A DNA stretch of 63,925 nt, the filler included, from Cercozoa sp. M6MM (Eukaryota > Protista > Endomyxa: Ascetosporea): NCBI GenBank assembly GCA_040357565.1. It is 14 parts of 14 records of this genome, joined end to end, with 100 filler letters (N's around TTAATTAATTAA, not from the genome) between each part and the next. Parts side by side here need not be neighbours in the genome. Positions count along the whole stretch, not along the records: positions 11,508 to 15,445 come from JBDODJ010001269.1; positions 15,546 to 21,096 come from JBDODJ010000886.1; positions 21,197 to 34,831 come from JBDODJ010000352.1; 11 more parts are not named here. One strand, given 5' to 3'. This document shows positions 13,262-26,700 of this stretch, piece after piece (the stretch's first letter is position 1; every line of letters starts with the position of its first letter). The notes under the pieces were generated by a model. That model worked only from the letters and a program-made list of their open reading frames with translations. It was not told where the DNA came from and did not search any database. The position numbers were made by a program, and so were the translations under genes.

Positions 13262-13539
13262 TCATCTCGCTCTGTCGTTAACGACCTTTGGATTACTGTA
13301 CGTACAGTAATTTGATCCTCGATTAAACTGAACGTGACGTGAGTGAGGAGCACGTGCGCGATCAATAAATCAAGAGGGTTTAATCGAGGAGAGTTAGTCG
13401 GGCGGACCATCGCATACGCGTCCGGTCGTTAGGTAGCTCAGGTTGAGCGGGCCTAGAAAGGGTCAACTCGCAGACAGCGAAGGCAGGCAACGATCACGAG
13501 GTGAAATCGTCAAGAGGAAACGAGTCCGCTTCAGTCAGC

Positions 13540-13886
13540 ACGTGCCGCGTCAACAAGCGGTCTGAGCACACAGTGAGAAGGATCACGGTGCGCGTGCACA
13601 GCCAAACGGATCGGCCAGGTTGGCTAAACCAAGAGAACAGCACGCACCAGTCTGTTGCAAGGAGCCTGCTTCAACCTGGCGCAGGCGTCTCTCGTCGTCG
13701 TCGTTGTCGTCATCGTCGCCGTAGACGTCGTCGACATCGTCGTCATCCTCCTCCTCATCGGACGACACTGGTGGTTGGCCACCTATAGTATAAATAAGTA
13801 TATAAATAAGTATATAAATAAGCGTGTATACATACATAAACAGAGGTATACACATGAACACACACACACACACACCACACACACAC

Positions 13887-13918
<32 letters not shown>

Positions 13919-15228
13919 AGTGTATTACCAACAAAGTCATCAATGTCGCGCAGCGTGGCCGAGTGCTTCTGTCGTGCCATCTGTTCCTTACTGGCGAAGA
14001 AGGCGTCCTGTCCCAAGGGTAGGGGTAGGAGTAGAGAGTGGAATGGAGGTAGGGGTAAAAGGTAGAGTGGGGGCAGGGTAGAAGCTAGGGTAGGGACAGA
14101 TATAAGCAGGCAGGTGCATCTACCTCGACGAGAGCGATGAATATGTTGAGCACGGCGTAGATAAAGAGAATCACGAACGAGTACAGGTACAATCGCGACA
14201 CAGTCTGCATACCATACAACTAGTACATAATATGAACTGAACAGATGTACAGGACAGATGGACAGGACAGATGGACGGACCGGTGCACGCGGGAAAACAT
14301 TGTCGAACACGTCGTGAATGACGTCGCCGTTAAGCAGTGCAAACAGTGTCACACTCGACGCATCCTGCACACCAGGGAGGAGGGGGGTAAACTGGGGATA
14401 AAAGGAAGTCAAAGGGCGCAACATTGTAAGAGACTACCAGGTCGGCGAACAGGTGCGAGTAGCCACTGAAGTACGCCACGCCAAAGAAGGCGTATCCCAT
14501 AAAAATCGGCAGCACACCTGCAGTCCACATACACACAAATATCTAAGGAACAAGGGGGAGGGGTAAAAACAGAGTACCCAGCAGGAAGCGACCGACCCGC
14601 GGAGTGCCCAGTTTCAATGTCTGCACAGAAAAAGCACTGCCTTACCTGAGGAGGACCCCTTCCCTCACCCTTCCGAGAGAACAGGAAGCACAAAGTTCTA
14701 CCATAATGAGAGCGTAGTAGCTTTCAGCGTGTTCAAAGAACTGCGTCAGATTGATCCCTGTCCAAGGGGGTAAAGGGATAATGGGGTGACGAAGGTGGGT
14801 GTGAGGGGTAGAACAAGGGTACATGCGAAGAGACAGCCCAGCCCAAGCAGCAGCGAGACGGTGTCGTTGTCGGTGTCAGCACCGCTCAGCAGTCGAATAA
14901 CGGCTAGTCCGGCGCCTGTTCAATATGTTTACATACTATATATATATATATATATTAAACTATGTACTATGTATACCAGTGACATTGACGAGGTTCGACA
15001 GCAGACCAATCACGAACCAGATGTTGATGAAGTGCACTGCATGTACACACATAGATGTACATATCCGACGACTTCAGCGTGTACACACACATGCACACAC
15101 ACACACAATGTGCACAGCAGACACAGTACGCAGCTGTCGGAACGAAAAGTGACCGGCACGCTCGCGCTGCACCTCGCGGAAGATGCCGACTCGTGTCAGC
15201 ACACTGTTAGGGCACATACATATATCAC

Positions 15229-15267
<39 letters not shown>

Positions 15268-15357
15268 CATATAGATACGCACACAAGAAGCGAGCCTACG
15301 CCTTCCAATGCAGCACCTCCGAAATCACGGCGAACGCCGCAATCAAGAACAGCACTG
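13540..15357 (-). CDS. Mucolipin/TRPML-like cation channel, 5' truncated (3' end approximate)
   Basis: PRVGRFLL GVLPIFMGYAFFGVAYF, pore helix/filter TLFALLNGDVIHDVF, S6 SRLYLYSFVILFIYAVLNIFIALVEDAF. Confidence 0.88.
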
Positions 15358-15400
15358 CCCATACACATCACATACACATCACATACACATCACATACACA

Positions 15401-15445
<45 letters not shown>

Positions 15446-15545
15446 NNNNNNNNNNNNNNNNNNNNNNNNNNNNNNNNNNNNNNNNNNNNTTAATTAATTA
15501 ANNNNNNNNNNNNNNNNNNNNNNNNNNNNNNNNNNNNNNNNNNNN

Positions 15546-18500
15546 CCCAAAGTTGTACCTGAGACTGCACCTGCACCGACCCGAGACTGTCTCGTTCGTA
15601 CCTATCGCAAGGGATAAAGGGAGGAGGTAAGGGGGTTAAAGGGGGTAGGGGGGTACAATGCAGCAGCACGCGCGTCCATCTCGCGTGGCTCCTCTGTACA
15701 CACACACACACACACATACATACAGAACAGTCCAAATAGACAGTCCACATGGACGACGGGACAGACGGACAGACTAGAGGGTGGCTACAAATGTAGGTAT
15801 GGATACCGCGAGAGGTCGAGGAGCGCTGCACGGGCAGCACGTCGCCTCGGGTCGCCTTGCCACTCAGGCGTTTCACCTGTCCAGTCACAACAGTGCAGTA
15901 TTGGTCCAGATGGACACATGGTACCAGTCCAACGGCGACGCGCGGACACTTGCGCAGCAGCGAGTTCAGCGCCGCGCGCGACACACTGCGCCAGGGGGGG
16001 TAAAGAAGGGGGTAAGAGGGGTAAAGAATGGGGTAAGAGGGGTAAGAGAAGTAGGGGTTAAGAGGGGGTAGGGGTAAAGAGGGTAGGGTATAGAGGGGTG
16101 GGGGGAGGGGTAAACACTACCGCAGCAGCACGGTGTCACGCAGCGCATCGACGCGCACAAAGTTCGTGTGGCTACAACAGTCACACTGACACTCGTCCAT
16201 ATGGATAGGACACACCGGTCCAATTGGACTGCGTGGACGGGACGATTGTACCACTCTTCGCCGGCCAGCAGTGCCAGTTCGCCCACCGAGTGACCTCTAC
16301 GATGGGGGGGGGGGGGGGAAAGGGGTAGGGATAAGGGGGCAAACACACCGAGTGACATCGACGGTGTTGCGTCGCGACGCATCGTGCGCCTTCCACTTCA
16401 ACTGGAAGGCACTGCCTGGACCTGCAGTGGGAAGGGGATTAAGAAGGGGTCAACTGGAAGGGTAAAGAGGGGGTAAGGGTAAAGAGGAGGGGGTAAAGAG
16501 AGGGGTAAACTACCGACACCAGCGGCAGCAAGATTGCTGGCACTAACGTCGTCGAGCAGGCGACCGACCAGACTGTTCGTCTTGTTGTTTTTCTTGTTGT
16601 TGTTGTTGTTGTTGTTTCTGCTGCTGTCGGCAGAGGCGTCACTGTGCGCACGGTGTCGACGGTGTGCACTGCCAGTGGTGCCACCTGTGGTATCAGTGCC
16701 AGTGGTACCACCAGTCACCACGTGGTTGGTCACTCGCAGTCGACCGGCACACACCACGAACATGTTGGCGGCCGCGTCGCCCTGGGGGTCAGAGAGAGTA
16801 GGGGTAAGGGGTAAGGGGTAAGGGGTAAGGGGTAAGGGGTAAGGGGTAAGGGGGATGGTAAGATGGGGGGTAAGATGGGGGTAAGATGGGGGTAAGATGG
16901 GGGGTAAGATGGGGGGCAAGACAGGGGTATACCCACTGCATGAGACAGCGGCCACTGCGCACGAACTGTCGCTGCAGCCCGAGCGACAACAGCTGCGACA
17001 CCTGCCACGCCATGCGACGACACGCCAGCCTACTCCACAACGGATAAGGGGGTAGGGGGTAAGGGGAGGCAGGGGTTGAGGGGGTAAAACCCACCGCAGC
17101 AGTGGTTCATGCGCAGCCGCACTCAGCTGCGCCAGTGGCACCGCCGCCAGTTGCTACGCATACCCAAGTGGGGGGGGTGGGGGTAAAAGGGGTAGGGGGT
17201 AGGCAAACTGTGAACTCACGCAGTCAGAGGCACCACGAACAGTGTACAAATGCGGCGTGTCACTCAGCACACTCTGCACCAGGGGGTAAGGGTAGGGGGT
17301 AGGGGTAGGGGGTAAAGGGGATAAGACTACCAGCAGTCCCAGCACAGTGCCGGGTCCCATGGCGTCCTTGTCCACGTGCACACTACCCTGCACATGTGGT
17401 ACCAACCGTCACTCACTGGTGGCGATCACTCACTCACTGACTGACAGGTGACCGTACACTCAGCACCACGTAGATGGCACGTGCGCGCGATCCGCGCGGA
17501 AACAGCAGTTCGCGCGGCGCCAGAGACACGCGGTCCCACTCGCCACCGCCAATGCCCAGCGCCTCCAGCGACACCTCCAGAGGCTGGGGGGGGGGGGGTA
17601 AAGGGGGGGGGGGCAGGGGGTCGTGGGGGTCGGGGAAGGTAAAGGGGGTAGGGGAAGGGGGTAAAGGGGGTAAACTCACCGACACAAGTTTGTCATCGGC
17701 ACCAAAAAAATCCGGCGGCAGCAAACTCTGTCGCGCAAAGTGCGCCACACGCCATTCCTGTGAAGGAGGTAAAGGGAGAATAAGGGGTAACGGGACAATC
17801 AAAGGGGGGTTAAAGGGGGGTTAAAACCACAACGAACCTTGCACAGCGTGTCGCGGGCGAAACTCAACAGCGACGATTTGTCCACCTCCAACAACTACTC
17901 GCATCGGGATAGGGGTAAAGAGAGGGTAAGAGGGGGTAGGGGTAAAGAGGGGGTAAAGAGGGGGTAAAGAGGAGGGTGGGGAGGGGGGTAAAAGCAAAGC
18001 ACTACGGCAGCAAAGTCGGCACGCGACACTCGCAGCACGCACGTGTCGCCCGTCGACGCGAACAGTCGCGTCTCCGACGATCGACTCTTCTCCGTCTGTT
18101 CCTCCCCCTAAACAGGGGGTAACGGGGGGGTGGTAATAGGAGGGGTAAGCTACCTCGTTGAACAACTCGAAAAAATCAACAGCGTGACCTCGACGCAGTT
18201 CTATCGTGTAAGTGGGGGTAAAGAGGGTAAAGAGGGTAAAAAGGGGGGGGGGTAACAAGGGGTAAAAGGGGCAGAGGGGGCTTACCACCAACACGCGCAG
18301 GTGTCTTGTCAACGATAGCCACCGTGCCCTGCAGAACCAGGTGCAGTGCACCACTACGGGGGGTAGAGGGTTAAAGGGGGTAAAGCGAGGGAGGTAGGGA
18401 AGTAAATGTGGGGGGGGGGGGTAAAGAAGCTACCGACGCTGCTCGAGAGCGATCTCGTCGCCGCGTCGCAGTTCGATCATTTCGCCGCTATATCACCGGG

Positions 18501-19201
18501 GGGGTAAGGGAGGGGATAAAGGGGGATAAGGAGGTATATGGGGTAGAAACGGTGGTTACATGTTGTGCTTCCGCAGGGTTGCAGCAGTGCTTCCTGCAGA
18601 CACAGTACGGCGGGTCAGAGGGGGTAAGAGGAGGGGGTAAGGGTACCGAGGACACGTGCGGCCAAACGCAGCAGTTTCTGGTCGCGCTGTTCCTCTTCGT
18701 CCACTGAGGGTCACATGGGGACAGGGGGAGGGATAAAGGGGAAGGGGGCAAGAGGGGGGTAAGGTACATGCTAAATCCTGATCCGCATCGCCGATCAGTT
18801 CGTCGCTCTCCTCGTCATCCGCATCCAACTGTACGGGGGGGGGGGTAAGAGGAAGAGGGGTAAAGGAGGTGAAATCCTACAAGCGGCTGCTGCGCGTGCT
18901 GCGGCGGCGGCGGCGAGTCCAGCAGATTGGCCGCGCGGATGCGCACCGTGTTCTTTCGGAGTGACCTGCCGCAACATCACACACCCGTCCAATCGACCTC
19001 CATAGATGTACTTTCACAGGGGAGGGAGTCCCTGCTACCGCCGGTGCGACGGCAGAGCGCGGCGAAACCAGAAGAGACCAACGCTGAGCGACAACAACAG
19101 CACGCCCACCGATACTTCGATCTGTGTGACGCGCTGGTTCCAGGTCCTTTTTCACACACGAGAAAAAACGCTTCGTCTACAGTATCATTTTCAATCATCA
19201 T
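15546..19201 (-). CDS. Neuropathy target esterase / SWS-like protein, N-terminal TM plus cNMP-binding repeats (3' truncated, patatin domain not seen)
   Basis: N-terminal TM VSVGVLLLSLSVGLFWFRR; cNMP-like motifs LHLVLQGTV, LLFPRGSRARAIYVVL, GDAAANMFVVCAGRLRV and GHSVGELALLAG. Confidence 0.65.
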
Positions 19202-19669
19202 ATCTGAGTTATTGCTACATTGTGGACCAATTAACGAGCACGTAGCCATAGTAAGCCAGCGTGATGCCCGTGGCGAGGTACAGCCACGGCATTGCTACGA
19301 GAAAAAGTGGAAGGTGGTTGCACTCTAATGCCCGCTTACGTCGCCCAACAGAACACTGTAATGGTGTGTACACGCGAGCTTTAATCGCAGCACCGATCGC
19401 ACGTGCTCAACGTGGGTCAGTTTTTCTTTAATGATTGTACCATTGGTCCACAAAATTGTACGGATTGCCCGCCTGCTCGAGCTGGAGCTGGATATCAATA
19501 ACAGCACCAGACGCTCAAGGTTACTGTCCAGACTGTGTTGCGTTGTTTTGTCGGCGTTTTGAAGTAGGTTTTTTGCAAAATTGGTGTTGGCTGTTTGCTG
19601 GAACCTTTCTTTCGCTCGGTTTTTGAATTGGTGTGGGTCGAGAAGCTTTGTTTTGTGTAGCTGAGCAAA

Positions 19670-21009
19670 ATGTTGGCAACTCGCGATGCCGTGAAAACAG
19701 GCGGCATTCAGCAGTACCTCAAAAGCAAGGTGCGTCACATTCCCTTTGCGATGATCAGATCAGATATAAGTTATGCCGCCGGTTTGTTAGATTGATGAAC
19801 TTGAACTGCGCATGAACCAAAAGCAAACCAATATTCGCCGACTCGAGGCACAGCGCAACCAACTCAACACGCAGGGTAGGCCAAGCAAACTTTTGCTTTT
19901 TCTTTCAATCTGGCTGTCTTGCAGTCCGAAGACTACGCGATGAGTTGTACCTGTTGCACTTGCCGGCAGCTTCGATCGGCGAGGTACCTTTGTTGCATTT
20001 GTTTTCTCTGTGCCCAAGAGACTTGCGACCCTCGAAACGTCGTGTCTTAGGTCATCAAGGTGATGGGACAGCAGAAAGTCCTCGTGCGAACGCAGATGGA
20101 GGTAGCAACTTTCCTGCCAATTTCTTTGTTGATTACTTTTGGATTCTTGACAACTGTGATGTTGCTTTGCAGGGAAAGCACGTCGTTTCTGTGACAGATG
20201 ACGTCAAGATTGAAGACCTGAAACCGCAAATGGTAAGCTCAGCATCATAAAATCACTTGGCATAAAAAGATACTTGAATCCTGCCGCAGAGAGTAGCACT
20301 TGAGGCGGACTCGTATGCAATCTGCAAGATCCTGCCGAGTAAGGTGGACGCCATGGTCTCCATGATGAAGGTCGAGAAGGTGCCGGATGCGACGTACGAT
20401 ATGGTCGGCGGTCTCGATCAGCAGATCAAGGAGGTCAAGGAGGTCATCGAGCTGCCGATCAAGCACCCTGAACTGTTCGAGCGACTCGGCATCTCGCAGC
20501 CCAAGGGTGTGCTACTGTACGGCCCGCCGGGCACGGGCAAGACACTGCTGGCACGTGCTGTGGCCCATCACACGGTACTCTATCTGCCCTGATGGCAAGA
20601 GTGCACGACTGAACTGACTATACTGTGGGGTGTTGTCATTACGCAGGACTGTTGTTTCATTCGCGTCAGTGGCAGTGAGCTGGTGCAAAAATACATTGGT
20701 ACGCTACACTGCATACAGTCTTGTGTATGTTTTATATGTGTGTGTGTGTGTTGCAGGTGAGGGTGCTCGCATGGTGCGCGAGCTTTTCGTGATGGCTCGG
20801 GACAACGCGCCGTCCATTATCTTCATGGACGAGGTCGACAGCATCGGCTCCGCGAGGTCTAGCTCTGGCAGAGGTGTGCTTGTTCATGCATTTCTGTGTG
20901 TTTTGTCTCTACGTATATCTGTGTGGATGCAGGCGACTCGGAGGTGCAGCGTACGATGATGGAACTGCTCGCCCAGCTCGATGGTTTCGAGGGCAACACG
21001 CAGATCAAG
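19670..21009 (+). CDS. PSMC5: 26S proteasome AAA ATPase Rpt6, 3' truncated
   Basis: [32 protein letters not shown], Walker [17 protein letters not shown], Walker B IIFMDEVD and [12 protein letters not shown]. Confidence 0.96.
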
Positions 21010-21047
21010 GTACAACTCTCTCTGTGTATGTGATTGGTCAATAAATA

Positions 21048-21096
<49 letters not shown>

Positions 21097-21196
21097 NNNN
21101 NNNNNNNNNNNNNNNNNNNNNNNNNNNNNNNNNNNNNNNNTTAATTAATTAANNNNNNNNNNNNNNNNNNNNNNNNNNNNNNNNNNNNNNNNNNNN

Positions 21197-21286
<90 letters not shown>

Positions 21287-21316
21287 TACACACACACACA
21301 CACAGAGCAAAAGTAC

Positions 21317-23012
21317 CTCGTCATCCTCGGAATACCGATGGAAGCGGCCGTTCCACGCGGGCTCGAGTCGTTCCGTCAGTGCTCCAAAGATTTCAGGCGG
21401 CACGTAGAAGTCGAACGGAGTGAACACAAAGGCCGAGTCGCCTGCATGCCTGTAGCAAAAACCCCAGAGGGCCCGAGGGTACAAGGGTATGAAACACTCT
21501 GAGAGGGAGGAGTACTCTCGAAGTGACTGCAGATGCTCGTGTTGAAAGTCGTTGATGTCGCTAATCTCATCCTACTCGGACCGATGCCACCAGCTGAATC
21601 GACCACAGGAAGAGAAAAAAGGATGTGTACCCGGACCATGTTGAGTGCATTGCGCAGGAAGTGTCGGTGTGCATAATCGAGTGTCATGCGAGCCTCGTTG
21701 GCCTGAGGCACAAGCTCTTCTTAGTCCCCTTGACCCCTTGACCCCCTCCAGTCATCTCTTAAGCAGCAACACCTCCAGATCGCTCGAGCTGAGCCAGCCG
21801 GCAATCCTGTGCGCCAATGACTGCTCAGGTAGGGTTTAACCCTGTACCCCCCCCCCCCCCCCACACCTCAGATAGTGCCGGCAGTACAGTAGGCACGAGC
21901 GAGAGAGCAAAGGACGTGAACTCGCGCAGCAGCGGCCACTGGAGTGCACGCACGGCAGGTTGCACCTCCAGATTGATAAAGGTCTACAGAGGTACCCAGA
22001 TACAGAGGTACCCAGATATAACCTCTCGGCCACGATGATGAACAGTCATACAGGAAACAGGTAGCCCATGTGCTCGATTTGTTCTGCATCCCGGACATAC
22101 TCTCACAGTACACCTAGTAAATAATTATAATAGTCAGGGTACGCGGGGACTCGATGCGAGCGCAGTTGTTGATGTAGGCACCGACCGAGTGACCCAGCAG
22201 AGCGAGTCTCGCCTGCGGAAACTCATGTCGCACCGCGTCCAGTATGGCCACCTTGTGTCGCACCTAGCGTGGGTTAACGGGGGGGGGGGGTAACATGGTA
22301 GGAACAGGGAAAGGGGTAAACTCCTACCTGATCGCGCAGGTTGTACATGACACTGTCGCAGTTCTCCTACACGACAGCACATAGACACACATACCACAAG
22401 TCCATCTGGAACTTTGACTGTACCTGCTTGGTGTGACCGGCATGCCCGTAGCCCAGTACTGCACACAGGGAAAGGGGGGTAGAGAGGGGAGATAAAGGGA
22501 ATTAAAAGGGAGTAAAAGGGTAAAGGGGGTAATGGGGAGAGGGGTAAAGAACCAGTGACACGGTAGGGCGTGTCGTTGCTGTCGTTGAGTCGCGCAACGA
22601 AAGCGCGCAGCAGTTCCACCGCGAAGCCTGTCTCAACAACAACACAACATACTCTGTACACAGAGGTGTTCAGCCCCCTTAAACAGAGCGTACGTCGGTA
22701 GAACGAGACAATGCCGGGATTGCCCGGAATCACAACGAACACGTATTCTGCAAGGCAAAGCCAACAAACAAATAAGAACACAACAACACTAAAAGACAAG
22801 ACGCACCTTTAATTAGATCAGGTGAGACGTCGTCAATGTTGCTGCTTAAAGCGACGCGCAGATGCTCGGTTCTACTCAACACTCGAGCAAATAATCTTCA
22901 ACTTTCATGCGTCGATACAATACCGCGCCGTGATCACTTCACAGTCATCATTAGTAAACGTGATGTCCAGCGCAGTCACCTCTGGCAGCTCAGGTAGCTC
23001 CATTTGACTCAT
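21317..23012 (-). CDS. LDAH: Lipid droplet-associated hydrolase (alpha/beta hydrolase), 3' truncated
   Basis: VVIPGNPGIVSFY motif and nucleophile elbow LLGHSVGAYI. Confidence 0.85.
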
Positions 23013-23739
23013 GGTTGAGTGTGCACACAGTTGCACACAACACAGAGTGAGCACGCTGCCCGAGGTGGTATTTATTTTTAAGGTTTTGATTTTAAGGGAG
23101 CGAGCTGCATCTCGTTGCGACTGTGCGCAAGCAGCGATTGCACTTAAACACGCCTTGGCCACAGTACTACTGACTGCGCCTGTGGCTGCTCGAAACGCGC
23201 GTAAATATTTGATTGTTACAAATATCAAAAAATCCCGAAACAGTTGGTTTTGTGCAGCATGACACAAAAACGCGCGTTTCGCATTATGCAGTTCCTTAAC
23301 AGGGTATTTAGACAGAAATATGATGTACTGATTGTTACAAAACATGTCATTTGTGCTGGAAATTAGGCTGCGAACAAGCATTTCTGGCGGACGCGGCGAA
23401 CTGACATCCTGATGCGACCAAAGTACAGCTGTGATCAAAATCGATTGGTCTTTGAGACTGAAGCAAAAACAACCATAGGGTACGTCGCTGGAGTCGACTG
23501 ATTCAGCACGCGGTTTTCTCAGGTTCGAAGGGCTGTTTTGCCTGTGTGTTGGTCACTTGGGCTTTTCAGACTTTTTTTTTTTTTGCAGATCGGGGCGGTT
23601 TAGAACTCACAGAAAGTTTGAGTGGTTTGCCCAACGCGTTGGTGCCGATTTTTGATGAGATTGACAGTTCACTGGAGTCGGACGGTACAGAAGGACTTTC
23701 AGGTTTACTGAATATCTAGGTGTGGGTTGTGTTGACAGA

Positions 23740-26700
23740 GATGAGTGGGCCCGCGAGGGTAGCACTGGCGACGAGGCAGTTGTTGACTCTGACACGTGTC
23801 GCGCTGCTGCACACTGGTACATGCCTGCTGCTTAGCCCTGTTAGCCCCTCTTTACTCTCTTATCTTCCAGGCACCAAACTGCCCGGGTTTGACGAGGTTG
23901 ATCAAAGTCGGAAGGATCTCGTTGTGCTGGCTGAGAAACTCGCCGACTTCTCGCGTGTGCAAGTAGGCTTTATCCCCCTTTACCCCTCTGTTATCCTACT
24001 CCCTACCCCTTACCCCCTACTCCCTACCCCTATCCCTACCCCCTAATCTTACCCCTACCCCCTAATCTTACCCCTACCCCCTACCCCTTATCTTACCCCG
24101 TCTACCCCCTTGTTGGACAGAGAGAGATGTTGGAGAGCGACACGCAGTTCAAAGTCAGTTTCGTCGCTTCGCGCATGCAACTGCTGCTGCTGCGCTGCCG
24201 ACTGGCTGCTACGTGTCAGTTGTATCTCGCCCCCTCTTTACCCTCTTTACCCTTCTTTACCTCGCTCTTACCCCCTCTATCCCATAACCCCGTCCCCGTT
24301 ATCCCCCCCCCCCAGGGACGCGAGTGAGTCGCTAGCGTGGGTGTGCCAGGAGGCCGCCACTTTGTTTGCACTGATGCGCGAGCACCTGCCGGCCAAGGCG
24401 ATGTTCATTCGCAGGCAGTGGCAGCACCTCCTGCTGTCCTCCTGTGGCATCGCTCTGCGACACGCCGTTGCTCAAGGTCTGGATACGGTGGGTCTACCCT
24501 TTACCCCCTACCCTACCCTTTACCCCCTACCCTACCGTTTACCCCCTACCCTACCCTTTACCCCTACCCTACCCTTTACCCCTACCCCCTACCCCCTACC
24601 CATGTGATGCAGTCGGCGGTGTGGAACCTGTTGGAACATGAGCTGCGCGACTGCGGCGCCGACAGCGACACAGTGGTGTTCGCGCTGCTGGCGCCGTCGC
24701 TGGCGCACATCGAGGCGCATCTCGACTCTCCTGGTAGCACACCTGGGGGCAGGGGGTAAACAGGGGGGTAAACAGAGGGGTAAACAGGGGGGTAAACCGG
24801 AGGTGTAAGTGCAGAGGAGCACTGGGAGACCACGCTGATCGGCATGTCTGAATGGCTGACGCGAAGTATGCGGCTACACCGACGTCAGGACGGTCTTCTG
24901 CTGCGCGTCCCGGCCTGTGTAGCCACATTGCACTGGCTACAGTCGCTCCTGACCCGACTGTACCCACACCTTTGTCCATCCTGGACTGTCCGTTTGGACC
25001 CTTTATTCTTTGATTCTGGACCACTTACCTTGTGTGTCGCACAGAGGCAGCGAGACACGCCTGCTCACCGAGGTTTCGACCGGCGAGTTCGTCCGCGCGT
25101 ACGTTCAGTTTCAGATCGCGCCTGACACGGACTCGGTGCGTCTTCTTACCCTCCCCTTTCTTACCCCCTTCTTACCCCCTTTCTTACCCCCCCCCTGGTG
25201 CAGTCGAAGCGCTGCGAGGAGCAAAGTCTCGACTTGCCACTCGACGTGAATCTACTGGCCTGCAAGGTACACTCAGCTCGGTCCATCTGGACACCTGGGA
25301 CGGTTCACATCTGGGACGGTCTATGTGTACACTGTACCTGTACTGGTTCGTAGGTACACCGGACACTGGATCAACTGGAGAACGCTACGACACACGATGA
25401 CATTGTAGCCTGTCTTTNNNNNNNNNNNNNNNNNNNNNNNNNNNNNNNNNNNNNNNNNNNNNNNNNNNNNNNNNNNNNNNNNNNNNNNNNNNNNNNNNNN
25501 NNNNNNNNNNNNNNNNNCCCCCTTTACCCCCTATGTGCCCCCTCCCTATTTGCCCCCCGATTTACCCCTCCCCTGGACAGAGCGAATGGCGTCCGCGAAG
25601 CGTTTCGTCAACCAAGTTGTTTCCGTCGGCATTTTGGATCGCATCGACGGCACTGTGGCTGTCTCGGTAGCTTACCCCCGCCCCCCCCCCGCCCCTTGCC
25701 CCTTGCCCTTACCCCCTTACCCCAAAGGACGACTTTGACGTGATGTCGACGCGACGCGTGACGCTGCAGGAGGACGACGACGATTACACCGGACGTTTCC
25801 AGGAGGCTGATCGATCACTGCTGTTCGAGGTGCGATCATTGTGATCAATCAGTCATCTGATCGATCAGGTGGCACCGTTAACACGTGCATGTGTGTGTGT
25901 CTCTTGTGCAGACCAAGGAGAGTATGCGACACCTCATCGAGGATGCTAAGTAAGACACATGTCCAGCACCTAAGAGACTCATATGACCACCTGAGTGACT
26001 ACCTTGAGTGAGTGACCACCTGAGTGAGTGACCCACGTGACTGACTGACAGGTGCGCACATGTGCACGCGCGTGTGCTCAAGCAGCGCATCGAGCGAGTG
26101 CTGTCGCAGCGAGTGACGGTCGAGGGTCACACCGCGCGCCGTGGTGCGCTCACCGATCTGCCCTCGGACGCCACCGGCAACACGCTGCGCCGCCTCATCG
26201 CTCTCACGCGCGTCCTCACTGTGTAGTTTACCCCCTCTTCACCCCCCTCTTTTACTCCCTCTTCACTCCCTCTTTACCCCCTCTTCACCCCCATTTTACC
26301 CTTATTTTACCCTCCCCCATTCTACTCCCTCTTTCTCCCCATTGTACTCTGCCATTTTTCTCCCCTCCCCCTACTTTACCCCCACTTTACCTTGCTGTTT
26401 TACCTTCAACGTACTCTACTTTATCCCTTACTCCCCCCAGGTCGCTGCGAACGCTGCCGCACATGCCGACGAAGACGGTGTGCGAGAAACGCATCGAGTG
26501 CGCCTTTGACGATCTGAAACTTCCGCACCATCTGCGAGAGCAGGTAGACTTTGCGTGAGCATGTGGTCATTGGGACACGTGGCCACTGGGACACGTGGGA
26601 CTGGCTGAGTGAGCAAGTGTGTCTCTGTGTGGACAGTTGTGCGAGGAGGTGTCGCTTCCACTGGGCAGTACGCCGCCCATGTGGCACCTGCCCCTCAAGG

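Noticed and set aside
13430-13500. tRNA A-box-like GGTAGCTCAGGTTGAGC
   Set aside because: No anticodon arm, T-loop or acceptor pairing found.
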